This document shows, piece after piece, positions 61,693-64,000 of a stretch of 64,000 nt of DNA. The DNA comes from Macrostomum hystrix (taxonomy: Eukaryota > Animalia > Platyhelminthes): NCBI GenBank assembly GCA_950097015.1, contig CATNEN010000003.1, positions 5,146,001 through 5,210,000 on the forward strand. The letters are read 5' to 3'. The translations under genes were made by a program, and so were the position numbers. Under the pieces are notes generated by a model. That model was not told the origin of the DNA. It worked only from the letters and a program-made list of their open reading frames with translations, and did not search any database. The stretch's first letter is position 1, and each line of letters opens with the position of its first letter.

Positions 61693-64000
61693 TCTACCTT
61701 CGATTCCAGCTACAATTCTACCTGCGATTCCAGCTACAATTCTACCTGCGATTCCAGCTACAATTCTACCTGCGATTCCAACTACAATTCTACCTGCGAT
61801 TCCAACTACAGTTCTACCTGCGATTCCAACTACAGTTCTACCTGCGATTCCAACTACAGTTCTACCTGCGATTCCAACTACAATTCTACCTGCGATTCCA
61901 ACTACAATTCTACCTGCGATACCAACTACAATTCTACCTGCGATACCAGCTACAATTCTACCTGCGATTCCAGCTACAATTCTACCTGCGATTCCAGCTA
62001 CAATTCTACCTGCGATTCCAGCTACAATTCTACCTGCGATACCAGCTACAATTCTACCTGCGATTCCAGCTACAATTCTACCTGCGGATCCAGCTACAAT
62101 TCTACCTGCGATTCCAGCTACAATTCTACCTGCGGATCCAGCTACAATTCTACCTGCGATTTTAGCTACAATTCTACCTGCGATTCCAGCTACAATTCTA
62201 CCTGCGATACCAGCTACAATTCTACCTGCGATTCCAGCTACAATTCAACCTGCGATTCCAACTACAGTTCTACCTGCGATTCCAACTACAGTTCTACATG
62301 CGATTCCAACTACAGTTCTACCTGCGATTCCAACTACAGTTCTACCTGCGATTCCAACTACAGTTCTACCTACGATTCCAACTACAATTCTACCTGCGAT
62401 TCCAACTACAGTTCTACCTGCGATTCCAGCTACAATTCTACCTGCGATTCCAGCTACAATTCTACCTGCGATTCCAGCTACAATTCTACCTGCGGATCCA
62501 GCTACAATTCTACCTGCGATTCCAGCTACAATTCTACCTGCGGATCCAGCTACAATTCAACCTGCGATTCTAGCTACAATTCTACCTGCGATTCCAGCTA
62601 CAATTCTACCTGCGATACCAGCTACAATTCTACCTGCGATTCCAGCTACAATTCAACCTGCGATTCCAGCTACAATTCTACCTGCGATTCCAGCTACAAT
62701 TCTACCTGCGATACCAGCTACAGTTCTACCTGCGATTCCAGCTACAATTCTACCTGCGATTCCAGCAACAGTTCTACCTGCGATTCCAACTACAATTCTA
62801 CCTGCGATACCAGCTACAATTCTACCTGCGATTCCAGCTACAATTCTACCTGCGGATCTAGCTACAATTCTACCTGCGATTCCAGCTACAATTCTACCTG
62901 CGATTCCAGCTACAATTCTACCTGCGATACCAGCTACAGTTCTACCTGCGATTCCAGCTACAATTCTACCTGCGATTCCAGCTACAATTCTACCTGCGAT
63001 TCCAGCTACAATTCTACCTGCGATTCCAGCTACAATTCTACCTGCGATTCCAACTACAATTCTACCTGCGATACCAACTACAATTCTACCTGCGATTCCA
63101 ACTACTATTCTACCTGCGATTCCAACTACAATTCTACCTGCGATTCCAACTACAATTCTACATGCAATTCCAGCTACAATTCTACCTGCGATTCCAACTA
63201 CAATTCTACCTGCGATACCAACTACAATTCTACCTGCGATTACAGCTACAATTCTACCTGCGATTCCAACTACAATTCTACCTGCGATTCCAACTACAAT
63301 TCTACCTGCGGATCCAGCTACAATTCTACCTGCGATTCCAGCTACAATTCTACCTGCGGATCCAGCTACAATTCAACCTGCGATTCTAGCTACAATTCTA
63401 CCTGCGATTCCAGCTACAATTCTACCTGCGATACCAGCTACAATTCAACCTGCGATTCCAGCTACAATTCTACCTGCGATTCCAGCTACAATTCTACCTG
63501 CGATTCCAGCTACAATTCTACCTGCGATTCCAGCTACAATTCTACCTGCGATACCAACTACAATTCTACCTGCGATTCCAACTACAGTTCTACCTACGAT
63601 TCCAACTACAATTCTACCTGCGATACCAGCTACGATTCTACCTGCGATACCAGCTACAATTCTACCTGCGATTCCAGCTACAATTCTACCTGCGATTCCA
63701 GCAACAGTTCTACCTGCGATTCCAACTACAATTCTACCTGCGATACCAGCTACAATTCTACCTGCGATTCCAGCTACAATTCTACCTGCGATTCCAACTA
63801 CAATTCTACCTGCGATTCCAGCTACAATTCTACCTGCGATACCAACTACAATTCTACCTGCGATTCCCGCTACAATTCTACCTGCGATTCCAACTACAAT
63901 TCTACCTGCGATTCCAACTACAATTCTACCTGCGATTCCAACTACAATTCTAACTGCGATTCCAGCAACAGTTCTACCTGCGATTCCAACTACAATTCTA
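61693..64000. repeat. 24-bp minisatellite (CTACCTGCGATTCCAGCTACAATT), RPN2 intron, runs off the window
   Basis: Tandem periodicity of 24; the source of the FQLQFYLR ORFs. Confidence 0.96.

Noticed and set aside
481-64000. CRISPR-like appearance of regular repeats
   Set aside because: Units are head-to-tail without unique spacers, the context is eukaryotic and there are no cas genes.

Overview
Eukaryotic (animal) genomic DNA with GT-AG introns, AT-rich intergenic DNA and very dense minisatellites. The overall style suggests a free-living flatworm such as Macrostomum (inference, not provable from the window). I rebuilt eight protein-coding genes by hand, checking splice phase at every junction: the 3' part of a pericentrin/AKAP9-like PACT-domain gene (+), a single-exon secreted neuropeptide-like precursor (-), a DHHC palmitoyltransferase (+), a TMEM60-like gene with no genomic ATG (+), a 6-exon Shisa-like single-pass membrane protein mostly missed by the ORF track (+), a divergent Mondo/MLX-family bHLH-ZIP (+), CPSF1 with a ~314-aa Q/P/M-rich N-terminal extension (-), and the 3' end of RPN2 (-). 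There are also two or three tRNA-derived SINE families and ~30 distinct tandem arrays. Best leads: (1) TMEM60 may take its start codon from an AUG-terminated spliced leader, within possible operons (ZDHHC-TMEM60, RPN2-CPSF1); (2) private minisatellites usually start 10-110 nt downstream of coding-exon ends, and one local duplication captures a 1-to-13-copy expansion; (3) the Mondo-like factor has altered DNA-contact residues; (4) a candidate novel pQNYPRPamide neuropeptide; (5) a prion-like CPSF1 extension. Most long ORFs in the supplied track are artefacts of repeats. Family assignments come from remembered motifs; no database search was run.
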